Part shown: positions 1 through 13,850 of the stretch, piece by piece
How positions within the stretch are numbered: position 1 is the stretch's first letter
How the letters are laid out: each line of letters opens with the position of its first letter
NCBI GenBank assembly: GCA_053919585.1
Contig: CM132783.1
Length of the DNA: 64,000 nt
Direction: 5' to 3' (one strand)
Source of the DNA: Euprymna scolopes
Taxonomy: Eukaryota
Position numbers and translations under genes: made by a program
The notes under the pieces: generated by a model
Told to the model about the DNA's origin: nothing
What the model saw: the letters and a program-made list of their open reading frames with translations, nothing else
Database searches by the model: none

Positions 1-236
1 AAGTATAAATATGAGCTCCATTTAACATGGAGGAAAAAATAAACTTGTTCACAACGGATTGAAGAACTTGTTGGGAATAATTGTAAGCGTCTCTGAGGAG
101 TGACTGAATGGAAGATTTACATTTCTATGGACGAGAGGTAATTATCCATCCTTTCACGAAACAGTTGTAAGGGCTTAACGCCAAAATAAGTGAATTTCTA
201 TTCATGTAGGTTGTGATTTTATTCAATTTAAGTATA

Positions 237-278
<42 letters not shown>

Positions 279-340
279 TATAGTTAAAAGAACATGAATT
301 GATATATTACTTTGGTAGTCACATGTACAGACAGTCGCAG

Positions 341-482
341 NNNNNNNNNNNNNNNNNNNNNNNNNNNNNNNNNNNNNNNNNNNNNNNNNNNNNNNNNNNN
401 NNNNNNNNNNNNNNNNNNNNNNNNNNNNNNNNNNNNNNNNNNNNNNNNNNNNNNNNNNNNNNNNNNNNNNNNNNNNNNNNNN
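341..482. other. Assembly gap (first of seven; others 12253-12381, 31800-31999, 32919-33054, 33174-33359, 36130-36286, 58283-58415)
   Basis: N runs of 129-200 nt, several bordered by ta/tat, suggesting unresolved microsatellites. Confidence 0.95.
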
Positions 483-813
483 ATAAAGGATTCCAGCATA
501 CATCTTTATTTTAATGAAAAAAATCCAGAAATAAAAGTGTATAATTCATGTTTTTATTCACAAAAAGTTCAGATGAGAAATATCATCAGAGGACCTTTTC
601 GATATCTATATAAAGCCTTCTTTTTGGAAACATACACATACATTTCACGATCTCATACAAATCTCGTTTTTTTAAAAGAATTTAACATTCAAATAATATT
701 TTTTTAATTCCCGTTTAATGTCATGGGGCTAGAGAAAACATAAAAAGGGCAAAGAAAAAGAAACATAGAGATTGTAAATAATTACCTTTTTTCTGGTATA
801 TGTAATTTTTATA

Positions 814-814
<1 letters not shown>

Positions 815-873
<59 letters not shown>
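815..873. repeat. (ATT)n microsatellite
   Basis: Uninterrupted tta/att triplet run. Confidence 0.95.
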
Positions 874-874
<1 letters not shown>

Positions 875-2817
875 TAATTTCTTCTTCTTCCTCTTTGTAC
901 TATATAATATGCTTATATTCTTTTACCCGCCTTACTTAATATGGGTAAAGGGATCATTTCTTTTAATTCTTCTAAAGGCACCTATCTTATATAAATTTTA
1001 TTCTTTAAAATTAATTTATCGGATTTGACAAATTTTAAATGGAAATTTGATATTGGAATATCTATGAAAAAAGGGGATAATTCTGCACAAGATCATCCAC
1101 CTTATCCGTATAATTTATCTACTTTATGTATAGCGTATATAGCATCGGTTATATTAAAAACTAAATATGATAATGAACAAATATTTCTTTTACATTGTTT
1201 AAGTAAAGTGTAGACTAACAATGTCATTATGAATTATTAAATGCAAAGCATCAATTAAGCCTCTTATAAAACTAAATGTACATTTACTCCATGTCAAGTC
1301 ACTGGAGAACATTATATGTATGTTCAATACAGTAACTAACAATAATGAATGTGACTATTATTTTATTAATATGTTACAGCATGTACGGATAATTATCTAA
1401 CGCTATTTGTTGTAAGCGCACTCTGTTAGATCTGTAGAAACTGTAGAAAAGTAGAAGAAGCTGTGGTAAATGTTATATTGATGTTGACTGAACACCGGCC
1501 CTGACACATTCGAATCCTTTCTGTTTCATAGCACTACTTTCACTACGGTATTTGGTAACATTTTTAAGTCTTTGCTGTTCATGAAGTTATATTTTTTTAA
1601 AGAAGACTACATAGCCCGCACAATATTAGGAGTTAATCGAAAAATTAAAGTAGCGGATTTCTCAGATAGATATTTTCAGATTTTGTTAGGCATAGCATTT
1701 CCTGAGTAAGCTGACAAAATTAACACTTGCTATAAGATGATCAAATAAATTTCTGAAAAATAATGTAAACGTTGGTTGAAAACCGCAATATTGTAGCCGT
1801 CCATCTGACGCTATTGTTAACAATTACAAACTCGGAAAGAATCAAAACATACAACAATTAACTTTTATCTAACCAAATAAACTTCAATTACATACTGAGT
1901 TGCATATTTATAACTGTCTTGAACAGTGAGAATATAATGTGTTCCGACAATATGTTTTATTCTTGTTTTTCTTTTCATTCCTCAAAGTAAATTTAAAATG
2001 TGACATCCCTTACCATTTAAACTAAGTGCGAAATATGGTTAGTGATAACACCAATATATTGTCTGTTAGGCAGATAACTAGTGATAATCTTGAAATAAAT
2101 CGACCGCCATTTTGATTGCCTCGTCAAGATAATTTTAGTAAAGATTAAATATTTGTAGATAATCAATATTACAATAGATTTCGACACATTAAAATCAATA
2201 GTAACCTGATATTAAATGCGTTTTATATAGGTTATTTGTGGTTTATTTTTTGTTGTGATTTACCGTCTGATAATTACATTTCAGAATTGTCTGTTAGCGA
2301 AATGTTATACATTCAGATAGTGTTTAAAATTCACTTCGCAGTCACTAGACACGACATAAAAATAGACGACAATAGAAAATATAAATTCAGAGTAATATAA
2401 ATAACAGAAAGAACTGTAATAAAATACAGCCATGGTTAGCACAAGGATTCTGATACACGTACATGGAAGCACAACTAATAGGTACTATATTTCAGTCGAT
2501 TTGACAGCATGTTTTAATCATATTGCAACTAGACAATGTAAATATAAAATATATATAATATGCATTACATGCGTTGTTTGTACATTTGAGACTCTAAGAA
2601 TTTGAAAATGTCTCCATATTATCTTGATACATTTACAATTAACAATTACTTAAGCTTTAAAAATTAATTAAATAAAACGTTATAGTAATGGTGCAAAATG
2701 CACCGTATTGTAAAATATCTAATCATAAAATAACAATTTTTCGATTTAATTTTTCGAATTTTACACAATTTGCGTTATTGTATCTCAAATATTCTTTCAT
2801 CATCAAAAATTACTCAA

Positions 2818-3244
2818 TCTATATATCTATAAAAGTGAACGTGCCTGTCTGTGTGTCTGTGTGTCTGTCTGTGTACATTTCCCTACGCAATAACTCTGTC
2901 AATTTTTAGTATATAGACTCGAAATTTGAAATACCGGGTACTGAGATTTGGAAAAATCGATGTGACGGGTGTCAGCCAGAAATTTGGCTGTTAAGGGGTC
3001 AAATTTCAACGATTTGACTTTTAAGAACTCTACCAAACTCCTCCGACAATTTTGGGTCTAGACACTTGAAATTTTAGATATAGGTTCCTTGAACCTGGAT
3101 CTAACTTAATAAAGTGATTTCAGCCCGAAACTATAAATTTCAAGGGGTCATAATAGGGGTCAAATTAAAAAAAAAATTACTCTTTTTTTTTTTTGCTCAG
3201 CATACACCTCCCAACACCCGGGCAACGCCGGGCTGAAATGCTAG
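2818..3244 (+). mobile_element. Non-autonomous Helitron-like element, apparently complete (427 bp)
   Basis: Inserted between A and T. 5' TCTATATATCTATAAAA, internal (GTCT/GTGT)n tract, 3' hairpin CCCGG-GCAACG-CCGGG (3217-3232) then CTAG (3241-3244). No TSD. Confidence 0.8.
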
Positions 3245-5106
3245 TATATTATATTTTGATATTGCATCTTATACGATTCCTATCTTCTTTGGCCAATTGT
3301 ATTTGTTCTTGTTTATTATCTATTTTGATTTGGAGATTTCCGCAATTTTCGTATATAGTTAGTTCATACAGAGTTACAGGTCATGGTTTTACGACGTTAC
3401 AGTAGTGCTATAGCTTCCTTAAAGCATTTTTATTATCTAGAAAATATTGCAGTTACAACTAGCTGTTATTTTATTTATCTAACCAAATTATATCTATACA
3501 CATTATTTTGTAAATGACAGAATGCCTCTGATACTATAAATACAAAGGTCGTTTCGTTTTATCATTTTATGAATACACAGTTTGGCTAATTGCCATTTAT
3601 TCTAAATCTTAACACCTAAAAAAATCAATATACCCCTGTCCACATGATTAAATGTAGAGTTAATAAGTAAATTTACTGTTTAGATTCGTGCGGTTTGTCT
3701 GTGCTTCATATAATTATTCTGTTGAATTTACCAACGAAATACAAAACATTTATAAAGTTTACGTGTGCTGGGTAATGAAATTCTGCATTATCATTCAACA
3801 CACGTTTCAGTTACAAAGTTTATCTATTGAATAAAAACAATAATGTTGGCAAAATATTTTTACATTTCAAAGACAGAAATAAATTTATTCTCATAAGAGT
3901 TTGATATTTGTTAAAATAATAATATAAAGATTCTTGTCAATGGAACTTCTAGTATGCATTATTCAAGTATTTGCGGGTCTATATTTTATCGTGTCAAAAT
4001 CTTTAGTAGGCAATGAATTGTACATTGTGCCTCATATTTACGAACGGCTATATTTGTCGGTCAGGCTTAAATCGATGTTAGTAGTGGCTTTCAATATATT
4101 ATGTCCTTTGGTCTACAAGGCTTGAATTTGAAATGTAATTTTAAATTAACTATCAGTCTTATGCTTAACAGTACGATTTGTATTAGTCGGTATTTACTTG
4201 TTTATTCATTGGTCTGAGGTAAAAGAACAGATGGATTTTTTTTTTAATATTAAAAATTCCAACTACATAAAAGCAGGTTCACTAGGAAAAATAGTTTACA
4301 AGCATTTCTAGTTAAATGTGCATCTACTTAATAGATAAATTATGCTATAGAACATTATACTATTTTAAAAGCCAGAATCTTTCACACATAATTAAAAATA
4401 AAAGTATCTGTCTTCTAGCTCATGTATGTTTTGAATAGCACTTTTTGTAATATTGAAGTCTACTTTAGAATAGAATTCGTGATTTTAATATATTCTTGTG
4501 TTATATTCTTTTGAGTCACTTATTTCTAAAATGTAATGTCATTCGATCCGTAAAAATTTAAAGTTAATATACTCTGATTAACTCTTCCAGACTTACTTTT
4601 ATAAGAGCATTTTATTTCACGAATAAAATTTTATCGCCTCTTTAATATTTTATTAATAAGCTACACATATAAACTTCCAGCTTTATATTTAATTATTTAC
4701 TAATAATCATCGTCTACTTTTGAAACACGATTTTTCCGAATATTTTGTTTTGTTAATTATAGTTTTGAATGCTTTGCTGTTCAAACTGGGGATTGTTCTC
4801 TTTTATACAATGCATAGGTTTTACACATTATTTTATCTATATATTATGCGTATATTAGAATATAAACGTTGCTATCTCAATGCAAAATAAGAAATACATT
4901 TGGTGTTGATCATGACTAATTTTTAAATGGCAATGTTTAAAGTTAAGCTTAGTATAATATATTATAAAGTCGGTAACGTTTTAAAATGGCAGGCATATCG
5001 ATGAGATATTTGGATCAGTGTGTCACACGTACTTTTAACTTGGGAGTTTATCTGCAGCTATTATTTAAAAGAGTCAATTTCCCAGTTTTCCTGTTCGTTT
5101 TCCACA

Positions 5107-5175
<69 letters not shown>

Positions 5176-5179
<4 letters not shown>

Positions 5180-5496
5180 TAGATCATCATATAATGATTA
5201 GATATCTCCAGCTATAAACTACATTTTTTTGCATGCACCTTGTAGAGGGCATCTATTTTTTCTTCTACAGTTACAGCCTGCTATATTTTCTGTATTTGTA
5301 TTTTGTATCTTATTAATTTTTTATTGTTAGAACTAATTCTTTTTTGATGAAGGTTTGGCATAGTTGAGTAATACACTTTGATCGTGTTCTTATTAAATAT
5401 TTTACTGTATCTATGAGGGGCTTTAAAGGTTTTTCTAATATTTAAAAGAATTCTCTGTCTATGTTTGTCTCGAGATTTTTGGAATATGGAAGGTTG
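5176..5496 (-). mobile_element. Penelope-like element fragment (Naiad-type RT-thumb/linker Cys motif)
   Basis: HRYSKIFNKNTIKVYYSTMPNL followed, after a frameshift, by GCNCRRK..CPLQGAC. (TA)n on both sides. Confidence 0.75.
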
Positions 5497-5500
5497 TATA

Positions 5501-5550
<50 letters not shown>

Positions 5551-6489
5551 CATAATACCATCTAGTTGCAGTGGAAGCACACATCTTCTTACGTTTTCCC
5601 ATTTTCTATAATCATGATTCCTCACATCAGGTAAGGTTACAATATAAGTTTTCTTTTCTTTTTTAACGTAAGTGTAGTGCAACTATTCAATTGAACAACT
5701 TTGTAGATCTGGTTATTCACTTTTCTTAGACCTGGAGGAATTACTTTCTTATTGCTTTCTGTTTCCAGAGTACCTAAGCAGACTCAACACCATCAAGTGG
5801 TGACACCATACATTTTTCATCTAATCCCTTAGTAATATTCTAATTCTACTCCTATATATGGCAGCGCATTTTGTTAAATTTTCATAGAAAAAGACATATT
5901 CAGATCATTTTTCGCGACGATAGCTAATAAGCTTATACTGTATCATCAATAGTTTCGTGAATCATAACATCTTATTAGTAACAGAGAAAACGCAACATCT
6001 ATGCTAAATTTCATAGATAAGAAAAATCATTTCCCAGATCATATGGGTGTTGTTTTAGTTAATGATAGCAGGTTTAAATATGATAACCAGGAATGATATG
6101 GTTTTCGATAAAATGATACAACCAGTGCCAATATCGCTTATACAAAAATTCGTTAATACATGCAAACATCCAAATATGTAATTTGGATACTTTGAAAAGC
6201 AATATCAAAAAATAAAACACATATTCGAGAGTGTTTATATATTTTTGGCTGTTTTTATCGGGTATCGTATACTGTGTAAATCATAACAAATAAAACAAGC
6301 AAATTATTTATCTCTTCTTTAAAAGAAAAACACATTTTAATGCATTCCATTTTGCTGCAAACGAAATGTACATATTTCTTATAAGTTACAGTTCGTTTGT
6401 TATGAACGGAAATGTTTTTCACGTGTTTTGCTGAATATCTTAAGAACATGAATAAACTCATCACTGTCTTACACGATAAAAAAAATCAG

Positions 6490-6542
<53 letters not shown>

Positions 6543-6552
6543 ATACTTTTAC

Positions 6553-6592
6553 TACACCGATGAAGACTGAAGGATCGGTCGAAAATCATGTA
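6553..6592 (+). ncRNA. Degenerate minimal type I hammerhead ribozyme-like motif (probable PLE terminal-repeat relic)
   Basis: CCGATGA (one change from CUGAUGA), stem GACTGA/TCGGTC with AGGA loop, then GAAA. Stem III and the cleavage triplet are imperfect. Confidence 0.4.
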
Positions 6593-6708
6593 CTTATAAA
6601 AAAGTTTTTTAATTTTTTTCATAATATTATTTTGTATTCCTGCACGTCACCAATTGAAAACGAATAAAGAAAAGTTATAAGCTTTTATACTTTTCGTATT
6701 CTTTTTTA

Positions 6709-6771
<63 letters not shown>

Positions 6772-6790
6772 AATTATAGTGATTCAATGA

Positions 6791-7667
6791 TCACACGGTA
6801 CCATTTGTCTGCAGTCCAGGTTTGATGAGCAGTTGCTTTTCAGATGAGTCTTGCTTTTCTATCTCCTTCAGCGACCAAGGGCCACGTGTTTGGCGAAGAA
6901 CCACAGAACAGTATAACAAAGAATGCATTAAGAAGTCTGTGACGTTCCCACAATCTTGCATGATTTGGGGCTGTATGAGTCCTAAAGGTGTTGGTAATTT
7001 ATGCTTCATCAAAGGAACTGTAAATGCCAAAATGTACCAAGATATCCTGGAAGCTAATTTACTGCCAGTGTTGGATAAGCAATTTGACAGGGAGGCTACA
7101 GACATCATTTTTCAACATGACTTGGCACCGGCACACTCTGTCAACACCAGGTTTTCCTGGCTCTAAGAACGATCAATCCTTGTTCTTGAATGGCAGGCGA
7201 ACTCACCAGATTTGAAGGTTATTGAAGCCTTGTGGGACCAGATAAAGAGGAATCTTTGCAAAGAAAACCCACTACCTTTGCAGCCATGAAGATTGCAATC
7301 CAGAACACATGGGATTCAGTGTCTACACAGGATTGCGAGAAGCTTGTTGATTCCATGCCCCAATGAATTTATACTGTTATCAAGGTAAAAGGTGCTGCTT
7401 CTAAATGTTGATTAATTTTATTTGTATTTACATTAATAAAAAAAAGCTATTTTGTTTATTTACCTGCCTTGTTCTATTATTTTGGAACACGAAATATTCA
7501 AGAACTGACATTGCAATTGATACGAAAAAAAACATTCTGTCATAAAACAACTACTTCAATTAGTTTAGCATGATAGGCATATTTTAGCACCACTTATATC
7601 TCGCAGTCTGTCCTCAATAAGAAGTTAATTTAGCGTCAAAAAACATGTTCTTTTTTTGGACCAGCAC

Positions 7668-7670
<3 letters not shown>
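6791..7670 (+). mobile_element. 5'-truncated Tc1 (DD34E) transposon, transposase pseudogene plus right end
   Basis: FSDES...WGCMS...IFQHDLAPAH...WQANSPDLKVIEALW, D-34-E with an in-frame stop. Repeated tgttct-(t)n-gga motif near 7470 and 7645 before a TA tract. Confidence 0.9.
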
Positions 7671-7733
<63 letters not shown>

Positions 7734-7758
7734 GTGCGTATGTGTGTGGGTGTCGGTG

Positions 7759-7812
<54 letters not shown>

Positions 7813-8136
7813 TAAATTCTTGACAATTAAATGTATTAACCAGAAGATGTTAAGTAGATTTAAGTCCCATGATAGGATATTCGTTAAATATGTAAGTATA
7901 CTGAGTTGCCAATATTATCCCGGGTGTTTTCTACTCGTATACGAATTATTAATATTATAATGCGTCGTATTCCGAGAGTAGACGTTCTTTTGGGAGATTG
8001 ATTTTTATCATTCTGTGATGTATAGTAGAATAAACTTGGCATTTGTTTCATAAGATATTTAGTTAAACGAGGATCATTTATCTACAAGAAAAACACCGAT
8101 ATTACAACAACTGATTTAGCAACAAGTTTTATGAAA

Positions 8137-8199
<63 letters not shown>

Positions 8200-8990
8200 G
8201 GTAAGGGTGCATACTTTTGATCACCTTTCATTATACAACACAATAAGATTTCATACATACAGATCCTCTAGAATTTAGACACACATTCTATACAAAAAGG
8301 TATTACCCTCTTGTGTATACATATATTATGTATACTACCTTTATTTAATAAACACTTTTTTAAACATTTGCGATATTATCGCATAGCGATATGCAAAATA
8401 GTCCAAGAATTCACAGGCTGAAGTGAAAATTGACTACAAATCAACTTATTTGACCGGAGATGGAACCTGGGAGGGGGGCTATTCTCAATCCAACCAATTA
8501 TAACTGTCGACCACTTTTTTATATACATTCTACTTTGGTTGAAGTTTATAGGTATCCTAATGACAACCTACAGCTGTTTTATTGCTTTGCCAAGCCCTAT
8601 ATCTAGATGCAGAAAAATTATTATTGTTAAAACTAGTTGTAACGACTGGCTGCTATCTTCAGAAAATGCTCATCTGGAACCTAAAATATTAAACCCTTAT
8701 GCCAACTGTGCTACGAGCCCCGTGGCCACTACGTGACCAAAACATGACCATAACATGGTCCATCCAACAATTATGGAAGACAGTAATTACTGTGGTAAAC
8801 TTACTCTCTATCCCATCGCGGTTAATCACCTGTAAAAAGCCAGAAGATAAGTTATGCGAAACAACAACTATGAAAATAAGGATAACTGTTTGCAAAATGA
8901 ATGGTTGCACACATTATGAAGCCTTATATAAAAAAATATTAAAAAAAACAAAAATTCATTTCAAAGGGTTGTGCCAATTCTGACCCCCAA
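8200..8990 (+). mobile_element. Highly decayed Tc1/mariner-superfamily (DD41D-like) remnant
   Basis: PWPLRDQNMT resembles WPPRSPDLT; C-terminal RITVCKMNGCTHYEALY resembles RL..C....G.HFE.LL. Confidence 0.35.
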
Positions 8991-9762
8991 GATGTACTAT
9001 GCTCTGTTTCCGTTGGAATCTGGGAATGTCACAGCTGACGTAAATGCCCCTGTTTGATGTGGATTGACCAATGTTTAAAGACCGGAGGTGAGATACAATT
9101 TTCTGGTTAGTTGTAATAAGAAGAATTTCGCTCAGACTACCACACTCCCATTGGTATGAAAGGCGTAACGCCGACAGAAATCACCAAATGCAAGCAAAAA
9201 CGAGAATAGAATTGAAAAGATGAAGAAAAAGAAGACGCCCAAGACTGGTAGCGTGTAATTGGGGTCCCCTCCCCACGACATGCCCAACACATCATAATAT
9301 TCTGGCCGAATTACAAACTTCTGTTGAAATAGAATCTCGATTGTATGACAGAGAGAACTTTACTCTTGCTAAGAGGTTTTTGTTTTAAAATTGAATAGTT
9401 TATCGCAGGGAACCGACAACCCAAGTTGCAACTTATATGCAAAGACGCGAACATTACTGCATGCGAATTTTAGAATCTTATTCCATCGTTTTCCTTCCTA
9501 CATCCTACTTAATAGTGAAAGCGACAGCTGCTACGAAGCTGGCACCATGAAAAAGAGAAAAGAAAGAAACAAACAAATAATGTAGGGAGTCTTGTGTACG
9601 ATTATGATCATATAACCAAATATTTTTAGGTTTGAAAATTGCATGAACATTTCTTCAATGTCCCCAAATATGTTTGGTTTGCATACACTAAACAATTGTC
9701 GTGTCGATGTGATGCTTTTTTTTAAAAACACAGTTTATTCAATAGCGTCAAGCAAAACTGAT

Positions 9763-9895
9763 AAACCAAGCAAAAATTAATCAACTCCTCTGTACTGTCG
9801 AGGCGTCTTCAAACCAAGCGAAGGTTAATCAACTCTTTTGTACAGCAGATGCGTCGCCAAATCAAGCAAAGGTCCATCCACTCTTCTGTATAGCA
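9763..9895. repeat. Three diverged 48-bp tandem repeats
   Basis: Units start at 9763, 9811 and 9859 (aaaccaagc...aatcaactc..tgtac). Confidence 0.8.
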
Positions 9896-10929
9896 AAGAT
9901 GTGCTGGGAGATGATAAATGTCGAATAGATTTTACTTGTGTACATTCAGTTTTATTGGGACTTGATGTCCATGAGAGTTGCCAAGAAAATTGTAACTGTA
10001 TGAGTTCGACTACTGGCGGCCTAACAGGGGCGATCGCGGCTTAGGGCAGGTTTATACATTCAACAATTCACCAAATGCGAAAGGTGTAGCTATTGCTTAG
10101 GGGGCGATTGTGTGCGATACTTATTTCCATGTTGTTGTTTTTTCAAAGATGTTATAACAACTGTTTATAATTCACGCAAAACACCGCACATTCACGCTGA
10201 GAACACTTAAAAAATCTGAGTTAATTCTTTTTCTCTCTCAACGACGAACTGATTTATGCTTAATACCACTAGTAAAAAAGGGGAAAATATTTTTAAAAAA
10301 TGACGTAGAAGATCGTTTGCAAAAGATTTATTAGAACGAATGATTCAGAAAAAAATGTAGGTTTTCATATATTTTTCATTTACGCTAACGAAATATCTTT
10401 AAGTATATGACAGTATGTATGCATATAAAGATGTATGTATTTGAATATCTTTTAGAAGAAACCGAACTTTATAATAGTTAAATATATGTTAGATTTGAAC
10501 ATAATATATTGTGAAAATTAAAATGAACCAACCAGCTGACCGGTTGGCACCTCACTTAACAGAGCCATATTGAGATATCATTACTATTAAAAAATATATA
10601 AAATTGAACTATGGGTATAGACACTAAAATCTAGAGAAAATAAAGAAATTAAACAAGGAAATAGAAACCACATAAAGTCTAACAAGATTTTCTTTTTGCT
10701 TGTAAAGTTCTCAAGGATTATTATAATTAACTTGTTTGTCAACTGTAAACGTAAGAGGTGGTGAAGGTTATTAAAGGACACAAAAAAAGCGTCCGATTTA
10801 GTTTCGTCGTACAACAAAGTAAAGATGTAATAAACGTAACGAAATATAAATTCAGTTTTTTTTTAAACCAGATATTAGATCCTCGTATTGAAAACCCATA
10901 GAAATGTTTTCCAAAGCTGCTTTCAAGGA

Positions 10930-11620
10930 GAAACCTATCAGATAAACTATCTATTTGTTTATACATGATATTGGAAAAAGATTTAGACCTACAAAGTGAT
11001 AGATTTTCATAAACCACCGAAAATATTTTCGGGAATGGTGTCGTCTGAAGTTGGCTTTGTTATATATTTTATAGCGCATTAACACATACATTAATAGTTT
11101 CCAAAAGTGTGACACAAGTCAAACGACTAGAAATATAGAAAGAACACACACATTTATTGGAGTAATTACAGTTCTTCATAACCCCAGAAAATATAATAGA
11201 ATTTTATTATTGCAAAATGAACTCTGACGCTCCAATACATGTTCGAAAATAGTTGTGAGATATTTAGTTAACTTGTCTTGGGAGAACACTATCATGGATA
11301 ATATAGGTCTCAATAGTACCTCATTCTTATAGGTGTTAGATAAGCAATAAGAACGAGAACGTATTAAATCAGCTTTACATTCATTTAACAAGACATTTGA
11401 GACTTAGTCTCAATAGATGAAGTAGAATCGTGCGTAAACATCGGGCCGAACTGAACTTGTTTAGAGGCGTCACCTAAAACGGTCTTCATATTTTCACAAA
11501 ATATTGTTTATCAAGTATGACCACGCCTTTGCCTGGTTTTGTTATAACTAGGAATTTATTATGTCTAAGTATTTTACCACTGCGAAAGTGCTCATTGCGT
11601 TATTTAAATTAAACAACATT
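10930..11620 (-). mobile_element. Penelope-like RT pseudogene fragment
   Basis: VITKPGKGVVILDK, LLRPILSM...KLTKYL, LETINVC and NIMYKQID match Penelope RT motifs (PLRPI, YKQIDG). Confidence 0.8.
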
Positions 11621-11799
11621 GTTATCTCGCGTATTTTTTTTATTTTCTCTCCTTTTGTTTTATGTCCTCCGCCATATTTCCATTGCATATTATTTTTCAA
11701 TCATAATTCTACATTGATGTCGTTCTGTTGACCGATATTAAAAACTGGTCAGATGGGCATTTCATATTTTATTTTTAAAATCTATTACATTTAGCTATC

Positions 11800-11874
<75 letters not shown>

Positions 11875-12844
11875 AATAAACGACGAATATACACTGCATT
11901 CTAAAACATGAATAATTATATTTTAAATAGTAATTATTTTCCAAAGACCTAGAGACACAGTTACATTAACTTCAGTAGATGTTAACGTAAGTGAATCTCT
12001 AGGTCTTAAAGTAATTATATATATTTAAAATATAGTTATCAGTTTAGGAAAATTATAAATATTTTGAATGCATTAGAAAAGGTATCCAATATTATCACAA
12101 TACAATTTTCTTACATTTGAATACTTCTGGCTGTTTACTGTTGATGTCTGCCGATTTGCAATTTATAGATACATTATTTTCCTCACTTCTTGTGTTAAAT
12201 TTCAATAGCCTTAAAGTTTAATACTAGCTTACAAATTCAATCTGTATTAGTGNNNNNNNNNNNNNNNNNNNNNNNNNNNNNNNNNNNNNNNNNNNNNNNN
12301 NNNNNNNNNNNNNNNNNNNNNNNNNNNNNNNNNNNNNNNNNNNNNNNNNNNNNNNNNNNNNNNNNNNNNNNNNNNNNNNNNTATACGCCGTATTTATTCG
12401 TTGGCAAAAATCTGAGAATAAAGTAAGCAAAACTTACGAAATCCTTATTTAAGAGATATTTCAATGAATTGAGTAATCTTATGTATAGCATGGTATTCAA
12501 TAGGAATTCATGTTTTTACATTCAATGAAATAAGTTTTAAATTGTATTGGCAAAATCCTATTTTACACGTCATTTGGTTTATTGACCACAAGTTTCGTAT
12601 TAATTTCACGATTGCAGTTTTATAAGGGGCATGTGAACGTTCAAATTTAAAATGCAAAAATTAACGATGAGAAAATGTGAACATGTATTGAAATGACCGA
12701 AATTAAACAAATATTTTTGTTATGCTTTCACATCTGAACGGAAGAATTTAAAATACGCTGCCAGGTGTTATTCCAAAAAATCGATAAATCGAACGGAACT
12801 GATTAAACAAATGTGGACTCCGTAATGCTATTATTTCGTTGCAG

Positions 12845-13085
12845 ACTGTGACTGAGATTAGACACCGAATAATATCGGCATTGTCCGCTTTCTTCGGTTT
12901 AAACTGGTCTCTGTAATTTGAATAGGAAACACATGTTAACGTAAATGGATGCATGTATCAGGCGATGATGAAAACCATCCTACTCTATGACTGCAAGACG
13001 CGGGCTATGAGAGCGGCAAAACTAGAGCACTTCGACAATGACTGTCTTTGCAAACTTTTGCGTTGCGGCTGTAGAGATCATGTTC
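12845..13085 (+). mobile_element. RTE-type LINE ORF fragment (post-RT region)
   Basis: EIRHRIISALSAF...MYQAMMKTILLYDCKT...HFDNDCLCKLL resembles EI..RI..A..AF / LLYGCETW / FD..CLRRIL. Confidence 0.7.
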
Positions 13086-13481
13086 CTATTACATAATATT
13101 TTTTACAGTCTTACAGTCATTCGTATAGATTTTTCCTGTAATTCTAAGTCGTCTGACTTGTTTGATTTCTTTCATCCTTACATTTCTTTGTACTGTATTT
13201 TATCTATCGCTTTCCTGCCTATATTTTTATTTGTATTGTCATTTTGTTTTATTAGATTCTATTTCTTATCGTCGATCAATTCTTTCTCATATTATTTCCT
13301 GCTACTCACACTTCGTTACTTTTTGTAATTCATCTTTTTTTCTTATTTTGATGTCTCCTGTCTTCTTTGCCTAATTTACTCCTTTAAGTCTGTTCATCTA
13401 TGGGACTTATTTTAACCTCTCATAATTCTTTCCGTTTCTTCTTTCTTTGTGCATTGGTCTCAAATTTACTTAAAATGATAT

Positions 13482-13850
13482 TGTTACAAACAGCCACCTC
13501 GATATCAAATACTGTTTTATTATTCTGTTATTAGTATTGAGTAGTTATTTGATTGGCGTGTTCTGATTGAACGAGAATCCACCGAACCCCAGTATTAAAA
13601 TCGGTCTGGAGAGATTCCCTTTCCTTGGCCGAACAGTTACTACACTACGATCCGATCTCTCCAGAAGAGAAAAAACACTAGGGATTTCATCACCCACGGA
13701 GAGAGAAAGAGAAAGGGAGAGAGAGAGAAAAATAGAGAACGAGGGAGTTTAAAAACGCTCGATTGACGTTAGCACCAAACCTCTCCCACCTCCTCCAATA
13801 TGAAGGCACGTGACATGTCGTCCCTCGATAGCGGACGTGGTGACCCCCGT
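13482..13850. mobile_element. LTR-like segment with adjacent PBS-like TGGTGACCCCCG
   Basis: Begins TGTTACA, contains a (GA)n tract and a minus-strand AATAAA, and abuts TGGTGACCCC. Orientation ambiguous. Confidence 0.35.

Noticed and set aside
228-707. ORFs spanning N gaps or (TA)n tracts (poly-X, YIYIYI)
   Set aside because: Open only because Ns and TA repeats contain no stop codons.
9531-9731. IFGDIEEMF as a RhoGEF DH-domain exon
   Set aside because: Only a short motif, with no convincing splice sites or companion exons.
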